Shown here piece after piece: positions 52,320-64,000 of a stretch of DNA of 64,000 nt. This DNA is from Octopus sinensis (taxonomy: Eukaryota). How positions within the stretch are numbered: position 1 is the stretch's first letter; the number at the start of each line of letters is the position of its first letter. Position numbers and translations under genes: made by a program. A model generated the notes under the pieces. The model was given only the letters and a program-made list of their open reading frames with translations, was not told the DNA's origin and searched no databases. The stretch covers positions 9,176,001 to 9,240,000 of the forward strand of contig NC_043008.1 in the NCBI RefSeq assembly GCF_006345805.1, read 5' to 3'.

Positions 52320-55300
52320 GTCTACATAGGTACAAAGTCACACATTTTGTGGAAGAGGCAGCCAGAGCTTAAACAGATCCAGCAAAACATTGCAAGACAT
52401 TTATTTTATTCACGGTTTTGGCAGGTGCAATAAAATGGGCTCTCAGGAATTTCCCAACCCCTGACTTATAGTAACTATAATAATAAGGATCAATGAAAGA
52501 ACAAACTATCGCAACAAGTCATATTCAAAAGAATAACCATAACCACTGTAACAAATATGACAGATGTTCTCTTCTACTCTAGGCACAAGGCCTGAATTTT
52601 TGGGGGAGGGGGGGCAGTCGATTAGATCGATCCCAGTATGCAACTGGTACTTAATTTATCCTTTTCTACTCAAGGCACAAAGTCCGAAATTTTGGAGGTA
52701 GGGGCAGTCGATTAGATCAATCCCAGTATGCAACTGGTACTTAATCTCTTGACCCCGAAAGGATGAAAGGCAAAGTTGACCTCAGTGGAATTTGAACTCA
52801 GAATATAAAGACAAACGAAAACAAATATGACAAGGAGTTGCTGTGTGGTAAGTAGCTTGCTTACCAACCACATGGTTCTGGGTTCAGTCCCACTGCATGG
52901 CACCTTGGGCAAGTGTCTTCTTCTATAGCCTCGCGCCAACCAAAGCCTTGTGAGTGGATTTGGTAGGCAGAAACTGAAAAGAAGCCCATCATCATCATCA
53001 TCATCGTTTAGCGTCCGCTTTCCATGCTAGCATGGGTTGGACGGTTCTACTGGGGTCTGTGAAGCCAGAAGGCTTCATCAGGCCCAGTCAAATCTGGCAG
53101 TGTTTCTACGGCTGGATGCCCTTCCTAACGCCAACCACTCCGTGAGTGTAGTGGGTGCTTTTTACGTGCCACCCGCACAGGTGCCAAACAGAGCTGGTTA
53201 ACGGCCACGAACGGATGGTGCTTTTTATGTGCCACCGACACAAGGGCCAGGCGAGGCTGGCAACGGACACGAACGGATGGTGCTTTTTACGTGCCATCGG
53301 CACGAGGCAGTCGGGGTGGTGCTGGCAACGGTCGCGAAACGGAAGGTTCTCTTACATGCCACCAGCACTGGTAACACATCTGCAATTTCCATTGATCGAT
53401 TTCGATTCTGATCCTCATAGATATATCCATCATAGATATGTATATATATATATATATATATATCTGTGTGTGTGTGTGTGTATGTATGTTTGTGTGTCTG
53501 TGTTTGTCCCCCTAGCATTGCCTGACAACCGATGCTGGTGTGTTTACGTCCCCGTAACTTAGCGGTTCGGCCAGAGAGACCGATGGAATAAGTACTAGGC
53601 TTACAAAGAATAAGTCCTGGAGTCGATTTGCTCGACTAAATGTGGTGCTCCAGCATGGCCACAGTCAAATGACTGAAACAAGTAAAAGAGTAAAGAGTAA
53701 TGTGATGTATCAGACTGGGGTCTGGTGCAGCTCCTCTGCTTACCAGTTCCAATCAGCCCATCTAACCCATGCCATGGAAAAAACACTAAATGATTATAAA
53801 TTACTATTTTTAAATCGCACAATGAGAGATATTCAGCAACAGTACTTTGTAGTAAAGATTGTTTGCCAACATAATATGGCAGTCCTGGTTTAGGAGTCCT
53901 GGTTCAAGAGTAGGAGAGAAAAGTTTGTGTATTTTAAAAGGAAATAGATCAGTGAGGGCACTTACTTGAAGGTGCCATCAGAATAAATGCAATGGTTTGT
54001 CTTGCGTTGCTAAGGGGCTTCAACTCCTGATGAAGGTACATAGAGGTACCCTCAGGACATGGAGCATCATCATCATAACAATCAGATATCTTCATGGTAT
54101 ATAGTATGTCTTAGGTACCATTTTAGATATGGCATGGTCCATCCATGTCCAGATCTGACTATAACCAATTCCTTGTAGAAGGAAAAACAGAGAGGGAGGG
54201 GGAAGAGAGAGAGACAGTGAGAAAGAAAGAGAGACAGAGAGAGAGAAAGACAGTGAGAGAGGCAGACAGACAGACAGAGAGAAAGAGAGACAGAGAAAGA
54301 CAGTGAGAGAGACAGACAGAGAGAAAGAGAGACAGAGAAAGACAGACAGAGAGAAAGACAGTGAGAGAAACAGAGAGAGAAACAGAGACAGACAGACAGA
54401 AAAAGAGAAAAAGGAAAAAAGAAAAAGAAAGGAAAAAAGAAAAAGAAAGGAAAAAAGAGAGAAAGAAAGAAGTACAGGACTGGTACTTTATGAAAGGTAG
54501 AGTCGATCTTGATGGCATTTGAACCTGGAATGGAGACAACCAGGACGACGTATACCACATGATAATCCCTCCAAAGCTCTCATGATGTGCTCACCTCTCC
54601 ATCATATCCGTCTTGACAGATGATCACCATTTTGCCAAGTACATTAGGGTTTTATGCTTTGTTGAAGAGCTTTCTATACTTACCATATTAATTCAAATAA
54701 CATTGGTTTTAAATTTTGGCACAAGGCCAGCAATACTGGGAGAGGGGGTTAAGTCAATTCCATCAACCCCAGTATTCGACTGGTACCTAGTAAAGCAAAG
54801 TCAATCCCAGCAGAATTTGAACTCAGAATGTGAAGATGGATGAAATGCCGCTAAACATCTTACCCAGGGTGCTAACGATTCTGCCAACTCACTTCTTTTA
54901 ATTGAATTGATATTAGTTTCAAACCTCTGAGTGAAATTCTTAGTGTTATTTGTCTGTCTTTACGTTCTGAGTTCAAATTCCACTGAGGTCAACTTTGCCT
55001 TTCATCCTTCTGAGGTCAATAAATTAAGTACCAGTTGATCTGGCACCCCACCCCCACTCCCCAAAAATTTCGGGCCTTGTGCCTAGAGTAGAAAAGAATA
55101 TTAGTCTCAAACATTAGCAAAAGGCCAGCAGGTTTGAGGCAAGGGGCTAAGTTGTTAGTTGTCGGAGCACTGCATCCTTCAAAACTTCCATGCTTCCTGA
55201 GACTCGCCAACACTACTCCACCTGATTTTCTGCCCTCCATACACACACAAGCATGTATCTGACTCATACATTATTCACTTTCCAGACATTTGTACATTAC

Positions 55301-55659
55301 TACATATGCTTTATACGCACTTTTGACAAGTTGTGGTGCACCTGAGCACTGTATACAATAATTTCATTATTATTATTATTATTATTATTCTATGTTTGAC
55401 TTTTGATTTACATTTGTACAAGTTGGCTCCAAGTCCCACCCAGAGACCTCAAGAGACAACAAGTTGGAAGTTCATGTTGGTGTTATGTCTCAGGTGCCAT
55501 ATATTTGGTTTTGTACTTAGTGTTGTACTAGTGAATGTCTAAAAAAAAACGTACGAAAATTGTTTGTTTTAAAACTTGAGATTACATAGAAAGTATTTTG
55601 CGAAGGATATGAGCAGTTCCCATGAGCACTATCTTTTGAATTCCTGCCATTTTGGGGTT

Positions 55660-55750
55660 TGGGATCATCATCATCATCATCACCGTCGGCGGCAGCGGCA
55701 TCATCATCATCATCATCATTATTATTTATCATTATTATTATCATTATTAT

Positions 55751-55782
<32 letters not shown>

Positions 55783-55871
55783 TATCATGATTATTATTAT
55801 CATTATCATTTATCATGATTATTATTATCATTATCATTATTATTATTATATTATTATTATTATTTATCATG

Positions 55872-55906
<35 letters not shown>

Positions 55907-55928
55907 CATTATTATTATCATTATCATT

Positions 55929-55963
<35 letters not shown>

Positions 55964-55996
55964 CATTATTATTATCATTATTATTATTATCATCAA
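55660..55996. repeat. (ATT)/(ATC) trinucleotide microsatellite
   Basis: Direct inspection. Confidence 0.95.
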
Positions 55997-56496
55997 ATGA
56001 AACTATATCATTCTGCACTTGTTTTCCAAAAGCATAAATACAATCCGCAACCAACACGGCTACCTCTTGACCACTCGTTGGCTCGACCGCTTCACATCCA
56101 GCTGCTTTTCACACTCACCAGAGCTCTGCCTTTCGTAGCTGAACCTGATCTATTGGGCAAGCAATCCATCATCTTCATCTCATCTTCATCTCCAGCTTCC
56201 ACAAACCTTTCCCATTTAGTATTCAGGTCTCACAACCATGCAGCACCGCATTGCTTATGCATTTGTAAATAATGGATGCATCTAGAACGTAGATGGATGT
56301 CTTGTCTCTGCAGCATATAATTTATGTTGCTTAGAATAAATGTGCTTATAATTTATGTATCTATAATCAATCTTTCTGTTCTACAAAGAATGTTCTTACG
56401 TATATATATGTGTGTTTAATAAACAGGTATAAAATGATTGAATGTATATAGCTCTGCATGTGTGTGTGTGTGTGTATGAGAGTGTATATGAGAAAG

Positions 56497-56527
<31 letters not shown>

Positions 56528-56569
56528 ACTTGTATGCATGTGTGTCTATCAAGGAAAAACGAACATAAA

Positions 56570-57005
56570 ATGTTGATGATGACGATGTCACTGATGATGA
56601 TGATGGTGATGATGATGATGTTGATGATGATGATGTTGATGATGATGATGTTGATGACGATGACGATGACGACGACGATGATGACAATGTTGAAGATGAC
56701 GATGATGATGATGATGATGATGATAATGATGATGACGATGATGATGATGACGATGATGATGATGATGATGATGACGACGATGATGATGATGTTGATGACG
56801 ATGATGACGACGACAAAACGACGATGATGACAATGTTCAAGATGACAATGATGATGATGACGATGATGATGATGATGATGATGATGACGATGATGATGAT
56901 GATGATGATGATGACGATGATGATGATGATGATAATAATAATATTGATGATGACAATGATGATGATGATGTTGTTGATGATGACGATGATGATGCTGATA
57001 TTGAT
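56570..57005. repeat. (GAT)n trinucleotide microsatellite
   Basis: Direct inspection. Confidence 0.95.
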
Positions 57006-57580
57006 TGATATTATTCTGAGGCTCCATGCAAGTGCAGGAGATAAGGTTTCATTTGATTTTATCAGACCTCCTCCCAGCATGGAATAGATTTTCTCATACC
57101 TGCTGAATTTATGAATTCATGAATATATCAAGATTCATTAGCAGATTTAGAAAATTAATTAGCTTCAAGCACTACACTCTACTGAGTATAGCTGAAGGAA
57201 AAATTGGGTTCCACTCGGCTAAGTTGCCCTGAAATATTACATGAAAATGAAGTTTTGGCCCCTTTTTTTAAAAATTAAAATGGATTACAAGGCCTAGAAC
57301 GAGATTCCAGAAAAAGAGCATTCATCACTTTTGTAGTACTCCCATTAGTTTCAAAAGTTAAAACCACTGAGAATAGTTGTCGGAGCACCGCATCCTTCAA
57401 AACTTCCATGCTTCCTGATTTTCGCCAACACTACACCTGATTTTCTCCCCTCCATACACACGCAAGCATGTATCTGACTCATACACTGTTCACTTTCCAG
57501 ACATTTGTACATTACTGCATATACTTTATATGCACTTTTGACAAGTTGTGGTGCACCTGAGCACTGTATACAATAATTTC

Positions 57581-57613
<33 letters not shown>

Positions 57614-57700
57614 ACCAATAATGACCCACTAAATATTGTCTTTCTCAACCAATACGGCATCGCAACTAAAATGAAAGACATGAAGTCAAAGAATACTTAC

Positions 57701-57918
57701 CAGAACTAAAGCTGGTTTCACATCACTTGTTAACTGTTTCTTGACCATTTCCATTCTGGCCAGTTTGCGTTTACGTTCGACAGAGTTGTCGCCCTTGAGG
57801 CTGGCAGGGGTCCCAGGAATTGCAAGACTTTTCTGCGATGTTATAACCGTTCCCAGCTCAGGATGAGTATGAAGAAGATGATTGGCCAACGAAATCTTTT
57901 TAACACCAACACCAACTC
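57701..57918 (-). CDS. NPHP4: Nephrocystin-4 exon (GVGVGVKKISLANHLLHTHPEL...ERKRKLARMEMVKKQLTSDVKPALVL)
   Basis: Acceptor ttgcag, donor ctg|gtaagt; 218 nt, phase 1-0, matching both neighbouring exons. RKRKLARM resembles human RRRKLERM. Confidence 0.85.
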
Positions 57919-58989
57919 CTGCAACATGAGATTGCATTGTTCACTTGAATTCTACTTACGATATTCGTACAAAGAAAGTGTTAGATTATACAAAGCAACA
58001 CATCTGCCATGTAGAATCTGAGTAAGGAGGCTACCATGCAACTCACAAGAGCATGAAACCCAAGTGGAGGTTGGGGAGCAGTTTTATGCTAGGAGATGAG
58101 GGGTTAAATTAAGAGACGGAGCAGCAAGCTTTCTTTTTTTGTTGTGAAGGAAATATGTGACTACTCACATTTTAGAAAAAAGAACAAGAATGCTTAAAAG
58201 GAACTGCGAAGAGATAAATACAAATAATTATTAATGAGGTGTCCAGGTGTCTATCTTTTTACAGATTAATCAAACCATTCCTCCTGAGATCGATCCTGAT
58301 ACCTTCTTTTACTAATCATTATTTTCCATGCCAAGATGGTTCAGCAAATTTAGTTCTCACAAATTTTAACATTTCTCTTTTATTGATTTTACAGTTAAAC
58401 ACCAGACAAATGTGAAGAAGAAATAAAAATATGTTTCAGCTTAAATTGCTGGGAGGTTAAGGTGCTAGACAAAGGATCACATGGTCATAAGTTCAAATTT
58501 TAGTACGGTTATTGCAATATGTTCCTAAGCAGGCATATAACACTGCTGGCTTCCGTTAGTTGGCTGATTGATTAAAAATACGCTCCATTATCACTTCACA
58601 GTTGAAAAGGTTAGATGCAGGGAAAACATTCAGTTGTAAAAATAATTGCTGCAACATAAAGATAAATCCCACCCATCATATACGTGGCTGGTAAAAAATT
58701 GTATATAACATTAACATGAATCTATGTGTGTGTGTGTGTGTGTGTTGTGTGTGTGTGTTTGTGTGTGTGGAAGTGTGTGTGTGTGTGTAAATGTGTGTAT
58801 GTTTGTGCATGTGTAAATGTGTGTAATATATGTGTGAGTGTGTATATATGTGCTTGCAATATAACAGAAGTTTAAGATATGTATGTGTGTGTGAGTGGGT
58901 GTGTGTTGGTGCATGCATGAGTAATATGTGTGTGTGCTTGCATTATAACAGAAGTTTGAGATGTGTGTGTGTGTGTGAGTGTGTGTGTG

Positions 58990-59240
58990 CTGGTAAAAAG
59001 CACTTGTGTCGGTGTCACATAAAAACGACCTGTGTTGAGGCCACATAAAAAGCGATCATACTGGTGCCGCATAAAATGTGCCCATACTGGTGCCACATAA
59101 AAAGCACCCATGTTGGTGCCACATAAAAAGCACCCATACTGGTGCCACATAAAATGTGCCGATACTGGTGCTACATAAAAAGCATCCATGCTGGGTACCA
59201 CATAAAAACATCTGTGCTGGTGTCACATAAAAAGCACCCA
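58990..59240. repeat. ~26-bp minisatellite (tggtgccacataaaaagcacccatac), about 9 copies, at the end of a SINE
   Basis: Direct inspection; the unit derives from the SINE-internal cacgtaaaaagcaccca motif. Confidence 0.85.
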
Positions 59241-59404
59241 GTACACTCTGTAATGTTGTTGGTGTTAAGGACATCCAGCCATAGAAACCTTGCCAAAACA
59301 GACAATAAGAGCCTGGTGCTGGTGGCAAGTTGGGGAGCTCCCCAATTCGCCACCCCATATAAAACTGTCCAACTCATGCCAGCATGGAAAATGGACATTA
59401 CATA

Positions 59405-59439
<35 letters not shown>

Positions 59440-60443
59440 ATATTAGTAAGTTACCTTGTTTATGTCCAGGAACTAGACTCCCTCCATGGAACTGAGTTTC
59501 TCCGGTCAGGTGAGACGTTATCACATGTTTCCTCACAGAAATTTCATTTACCGCTACAACAGGTTAAGAGAAAAAAAAACAGAAAAAAATAGAAATTTTT
59601 TTTTCAAACTTCCTTTTTTTTAAAAAAAAAAAATTATATCAAACTGCACTGACATTATTATATTTTCACAAATTTATTCGTTTCTGAATCAATCTGAATT
59701 GGAGAAGTGTTAATAAGATTAAAAGTATTATTCCTGCATCCATCATAACCAAATACCACAGGATCACCGAAGTTTAGTTCTGTCAACCAATGAAACATTC
59801 AGCAATTTCATAACAGTGTTACTGAGGGGCTTAGAGAAGACAACTGATTCACCTTGAGATGCCAACTTGCCTTTCAGTGAGGAATTGATCCCACTGGCTG
59901 CCAAGAGCTTACAGGGGCCATGAACTTGGCCTGTTTTATGGACTAAACAAAATAAATATTCAATCTCTCTAAGGTGGCGAACTGGCAGAAAAGTTAGCAC
60001 ACCGGGCGAAATGCTTAGCAGTATTTCGTTTTCCTTTACATTCTGAGTTCAAATTCTTCTAGGTCGACTTTACCTTTCATCCTTTCGGGGTCGATAAATT
60101 AAGTACCAGTTGCATACTAGGGTCGATCTAATCAACTGACCCCCTTCCACCATCACTTGACAACTGATGTTGGTATGTTTACGTCCCCGTAACTTAGCAG
60201 TTCAGCAAAAGAGACCAATAGAATAAGTACTAAGCTTACAAAGAATAAGTCCTGGGGTCGATTTGCTCGACTAAAAGGTGGTGCTCCAGCATGGCCACAG
60301 TCAAATGACTGAAACAAGTAAAAGAGGAAAAGAGAGAGAGTATAGTGATGGAATTGGTGTAGTGCTGGTGATTATATTTCCATTGTTCTTTTGGTGGATT
60401 TGGTGATTTTGTTGGTGGTTTTGATTAAATAGATGTCACTGAC

Positions 60444-60660
60444 CTTTTTTAGATTCTTGAACATTCTTGGGTGGATATCCAATATTAGCCATTCTCAAGT
60501 GCAGTTGTCCTTTAGAAACCGCAGTTGAGTTATATGGCTGAATATCTCGCAGTTTTCCAATATCTTCGCCCATTTCTTGAAGCTCTCCGGATGATTCTGT
60601 GACCAAAATATCCAATTCCACAGAACACTGCACTGCTTCATTTCCTCTTCGACACAGGTA
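60444..60660 (-). CDS. NPHP4: Nephrocystin-4 exon (YLCRRGNEAVQCSVELDILVTE...KGQLHLRMANIGYPPKNVQESKK)
   Basis: Acceptor ttttggactag, donor g|gtcagt; 217 nt, phase 0-1. Resembles human [22 protein letters not shown]...KGRLHLTLANVGHP. Confidence 0.9.
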
Positions 60661-61421
60661 CTAGTCCAAAATTAAAAGACAAAACAAAAAAAACATTATT
60701 AAGAAGCAATTCTTCATGTGTATGAAAAGAATGGATCATCAATGATAAATGCCAATTTGGGTGTCAAAGAAAAGTGTATTGGTGAAGAAGGCTGAAATCT
60801 GGATTTAAAAATAAAGATTCTAAGTTCAAACTCAGTCAAAAGTATGTAAAGAAATACATAGAATTCAGGAAAGTTTTTGATAATTTTGGGATAAATTGAT
60901 TGAAATATAGACTAAAAGATAATAATAGGGAAGTGATTATGATATTGTGATACGAACTGGGATATCTCAAGTTCTAATCATGTGTATCTCCATATGTATT
61001 TCAACAATATACTTGATTCTATATTACTTTAATGAAGAAGTCTTCAAATGTGAATTACATTTATTTCAATTCCATATTTAAGAGATGGGGAATTATGTAC
61101 AATATTTACATTTGACAGATAGTGGTTAAGAGCATGGGCTACTAACCCCAAGATTCCGAGTTTGATTCCAGACAGTGGGCACGTAAAAAGCACCCACTAC
61201 ACTCACGGAGTGGTTGGCGTTAGGAAGGGCATCCAGCTGTAGAAACACTGCCAGATCAGACTGGAGCTGGTACAGCCTCCTGGTTTCCCAGGCCCCAGTC
61301 AAACCATCCAACCCATGCTAACATGGAAAATGGACGTTAAACGATGATGATGATGATGATGATGATGATAGCATCGAAAAAATACCTTAGGAATGAGAAC
61401 TGAGGTTCTAAATTTCCCCAA

Positions 61422-61467
61422 GACACCTGATGAAGGCTGAAGGGTATATCAGCCGAAGCATTGTGTT
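61422..61467 (+). ncRNA. Decayed minimal type I hammerhead motif
   Basis: GACAC-CUGAUGA-A-GGCUGA(AGGGUAUA)UCAGCC-GAAGC-AUU^GUGUU. GAAA has become GAAG, and the expected GUU has become AUU. Confidence 0.55.
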
Positions 61468-62091
61468 AACAACAAATAAGATGAGGACAAATATCTGTCA
61501 AGTGTAAATGATGTAAATAATGTACATATTTATTTCATATTAAAACTAGTGTCCAATATCTTCATTGGTCGCAAATTTCCAACAGACCAATCACTGAGTC
61601 ACTCTCACCATCAAAACTTGGGATTTACTTCAAACGACATTGGAGTTTCAACAATGCTTACATCTTTAATTAACATACATGAGCTAAAGATATACACATA
61701 TATAGAAAGAGGGAGAGAGGCCTATATGTAATTACATATGTATGTGTGTGTGTGTGTATTAATATCATGGCACTCCATCGGTTACAATAACAAGGGTTCT
61801 AGCTGATCCGAACAATGGAATTGCCTGCTCATGAAATTGACGTGCAAATGGGTGAACATACCACAGACATGTGTACCCTTAATGTAGTTCTCTGGGAGAT
61901 TCAACGTGACACAGAGTGTGACAAGGCTGGCCCTTTGAAATACAAGTACAACAGAAACAGGAAGAAAGAGTAAGAGAAAGTTGTGGCAAAACTGTACAGC
62001 AGGTTTGGGTCGATTTGTTTGACTAAAGGTGGTGCTCCAGCATGGCCGCAATCAAATGACTGAAAACAAATAAAAGAATATTTAAAAATAC

Positions 62092-62235
62092 CTTTAAGGG
62101 GGCAGAGGAGGAACCAAGCAGAAGTAAAGAATCGCCATTCCAAATATCAATGTGAAGAATGTGGTGTTCTAAATATTGCAAGAACAGTGGGAATTCACCG
62201 AGTTTTAAGAAACAGGGGTCAACGAAATAACGAAT
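62092..62235 (-). CDS. NPHP4: Nephrocystin-4 exon (IRYFVDPCFLKLGEFPLFLQYLEHHILHIDIWNGDSLLLLGSSSAPLK)
   Basis: Acceptor ttttttttcag, donor aag|gtattt; 144 nt, phase 0-0. Resembles human NPHP4 LRYMVGPGFLKPGE...[22 protein letters not shown] as recalled. Confidence 0.92.
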
Positions 62236-62399
62236 CTGAAAAAAAAAAGAAGAAGAAACAGTAAAAATATGCAAGACTTTTCTCAAGTTTCAAATGTGAA
62301 TTTGTCTGTGTTAATTACATTCCAAAGATGGAGCCTTGTATCTTTGTTGGAAACCCGGCTCCCTCCTTAGTGAATAATTAAAAAACAGAAGAGACATAC

Positions 62400-62665
62400 A
62401 TGCATACATACATTCATGCATGCATGCTTACATACATACACACATACGTACAAGCATGCATGCATCGTGCATACATACACAAATACGTACACACACACAT
62501 ACGCACACATACATACATATATACATATATACATACATACACATACTTACACACACACATACATATATACATACACACCCACACATATATACATACATAC
62601 ACACACACACACACATACATACACACATACATACATACATACACACACACATACATACATACATA
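62400..62665. repeat. (CATA)/(CA) microsatellite
   Basis: Direct inspection. Confidence 0.95.
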
Positions 62666-63304
62666 CAAACAAACAAACAAACAAAAATACCAATGAAGGA
62701 ACCTTGGATCTAGGTTAGAAACCGGTTCTTTCTCTATTGGCAAGAAATCTTGAAATAAACTGAATAATGACATACAGACACATGTATACATACATACATT
62801 CACACTCACATATGCATGCACACATACACGCACACACACACACTATGGGCTTCTGTATAGTTTCTGTTAACAAATTTCATTCAGAAGCCTATAAAAGAAA
62901 ACATCTGCCTAAGGTACAGCATACTGGGATTGAACCCAGAACTCTATGGTTGAGAAGCAAACCTCTTAACCACACAGCCATGACTGAAACTAACAAAAAA
63001 CATAACAACTTAAAAATAACCACAAACAACAAAACAACAATGACTAACTTCGAAACCAGCTGAGCCTTTCGACTTGAGATCCCCTTTATTTATTTTGTGT
63101 AAAATACTAAAATTGGTTTGGTAATTCTCTCCTTTTCCTTTCTTGTCTTTGACTCTCCACAACAATAATCTGCAGAAGAGAAATAATAAAAACAGATGAT
63201 GGTATATTTCAAGATGGTCGTTTAATTTTTCCTGCCATATAAACATACACACTATATGTTCCCCACTCATTTATTGTTTTTATTTTATCTTATGTGCATT
63301 GTCG

Positions 63305-63480
63305 ATTGTCCAGAAATCTTTCGTCACACTTCTGTGACCTCTTCAGCGACTCTTCCATCCACGTGTATTCTACTGTTCTGTTTAGTCCATTCTGTCATTC
63401 TAAACAGAACAGGAGGATACACATGGATGGAAGAGACACTGAATAGGTCACAGATGTATGACAAAAGATTTCCAGACAAT
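63305..63480. repeat. Long hairpin: 81-bp ungapped arms, 14-nt loop
   Basis: 63305-63385 versus the reverse complement of 63400-63480: 70/81 identical by manual alignment. Confidence 0.92.
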
Positions 63481-64000
63481 GGACATAAGATAAAATAAGG
63501 ATAATAATAAACGGGTGAAGAATGAATATATAATGCATGTTTATTTGGCAAGAAAAAAAACGAGCCTCCCCAAATATAACAATATCTGTTGCAACACACA
63601 ATTTCACATCAGGAATCTTGCAAAAGAAATTCATAAACATAAAAATAGATGAGGTTTCAGTTAATTCTAAAACCTAATCCTAATTCCTGGAAGGAGTGAA
63701 AATACTTGGTTTATGTTGCTAACACACTTTGGGAAGGCAGAACTCAAGGTCAAAATACTTATTTCTCATTCAACCCTGTAATCCTGAAAATGGATTCCTC
63801 TGATCATTGGAATATCCTCATCACCATCACCATCATTCAACATATTTTCAATTGTGGTGTGGGTTGGATGGTTTAACAAGATCCAATGAACAACCAAAAA
63901 AAACAAAATGGTTACGGTTACCTTCTTGAATCATACTAACTCATAAGACCTGGTTTCCTGGTTTTCATGGCGTATAAGTTCCCCACCTGGACAGGATGCT

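Noticed and set aside
58990-59240. CRISPR-like array
   Set aside because: Eukaryotic context, contiguous units with no unique spacers; it is a minisatellite.
63915-64000. Possible further NPHP4 exon at the window end
   Set aside because: All three minus-strand frames contain stops; it looks like a repeat fragment.

Overview
Animal genomic DNA: AT-rich, very dense in microsatellites and tRNA-derived SINEs. The repeat landscape looks like an Octopus (cephalopod) genome; that assignment is inference. The only host gene I can support is a minus-strand nephrocystin-4 (NPHP4) orthologue. Five exons (62235-62092, 60660-60444, 57918-57701, 44826-44600, 40375-40183) splice in frame with GT-AG boundaries into 333 codons. 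The upstream exons lie beyond the window, and I could not find the remaining 3' exons. Other features: a full-length but decayed mariner transposon (7315-8602), RTE-, L2/CR1- and R4-like LINE fragments, several MITE-like elements, a 100-N gap, and a ~3 kb near-tandem duplication around that gap. The most interesting signal is a set of type I hammerhead-ribozyme (HHR) motifs in at least four unrelated repeat families: (1) a 556-bp tandem unit with a 5' inversion, retrozyme/Penelope-pLTR-like (691-2093); (2) a 230-bp tandem with a CUGUAGA variant core (5620-6030); (3) a near-canonical HHR in the sense strand of an NPHP4 intron (43214-43309); (4) a decayed copy near 61.4 kb, plus a truncated motif near 54 kb. 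Several long inverted repeats also lie in or near NPHP4 introns. All structures were folded by eye; no database search or folding program was run.
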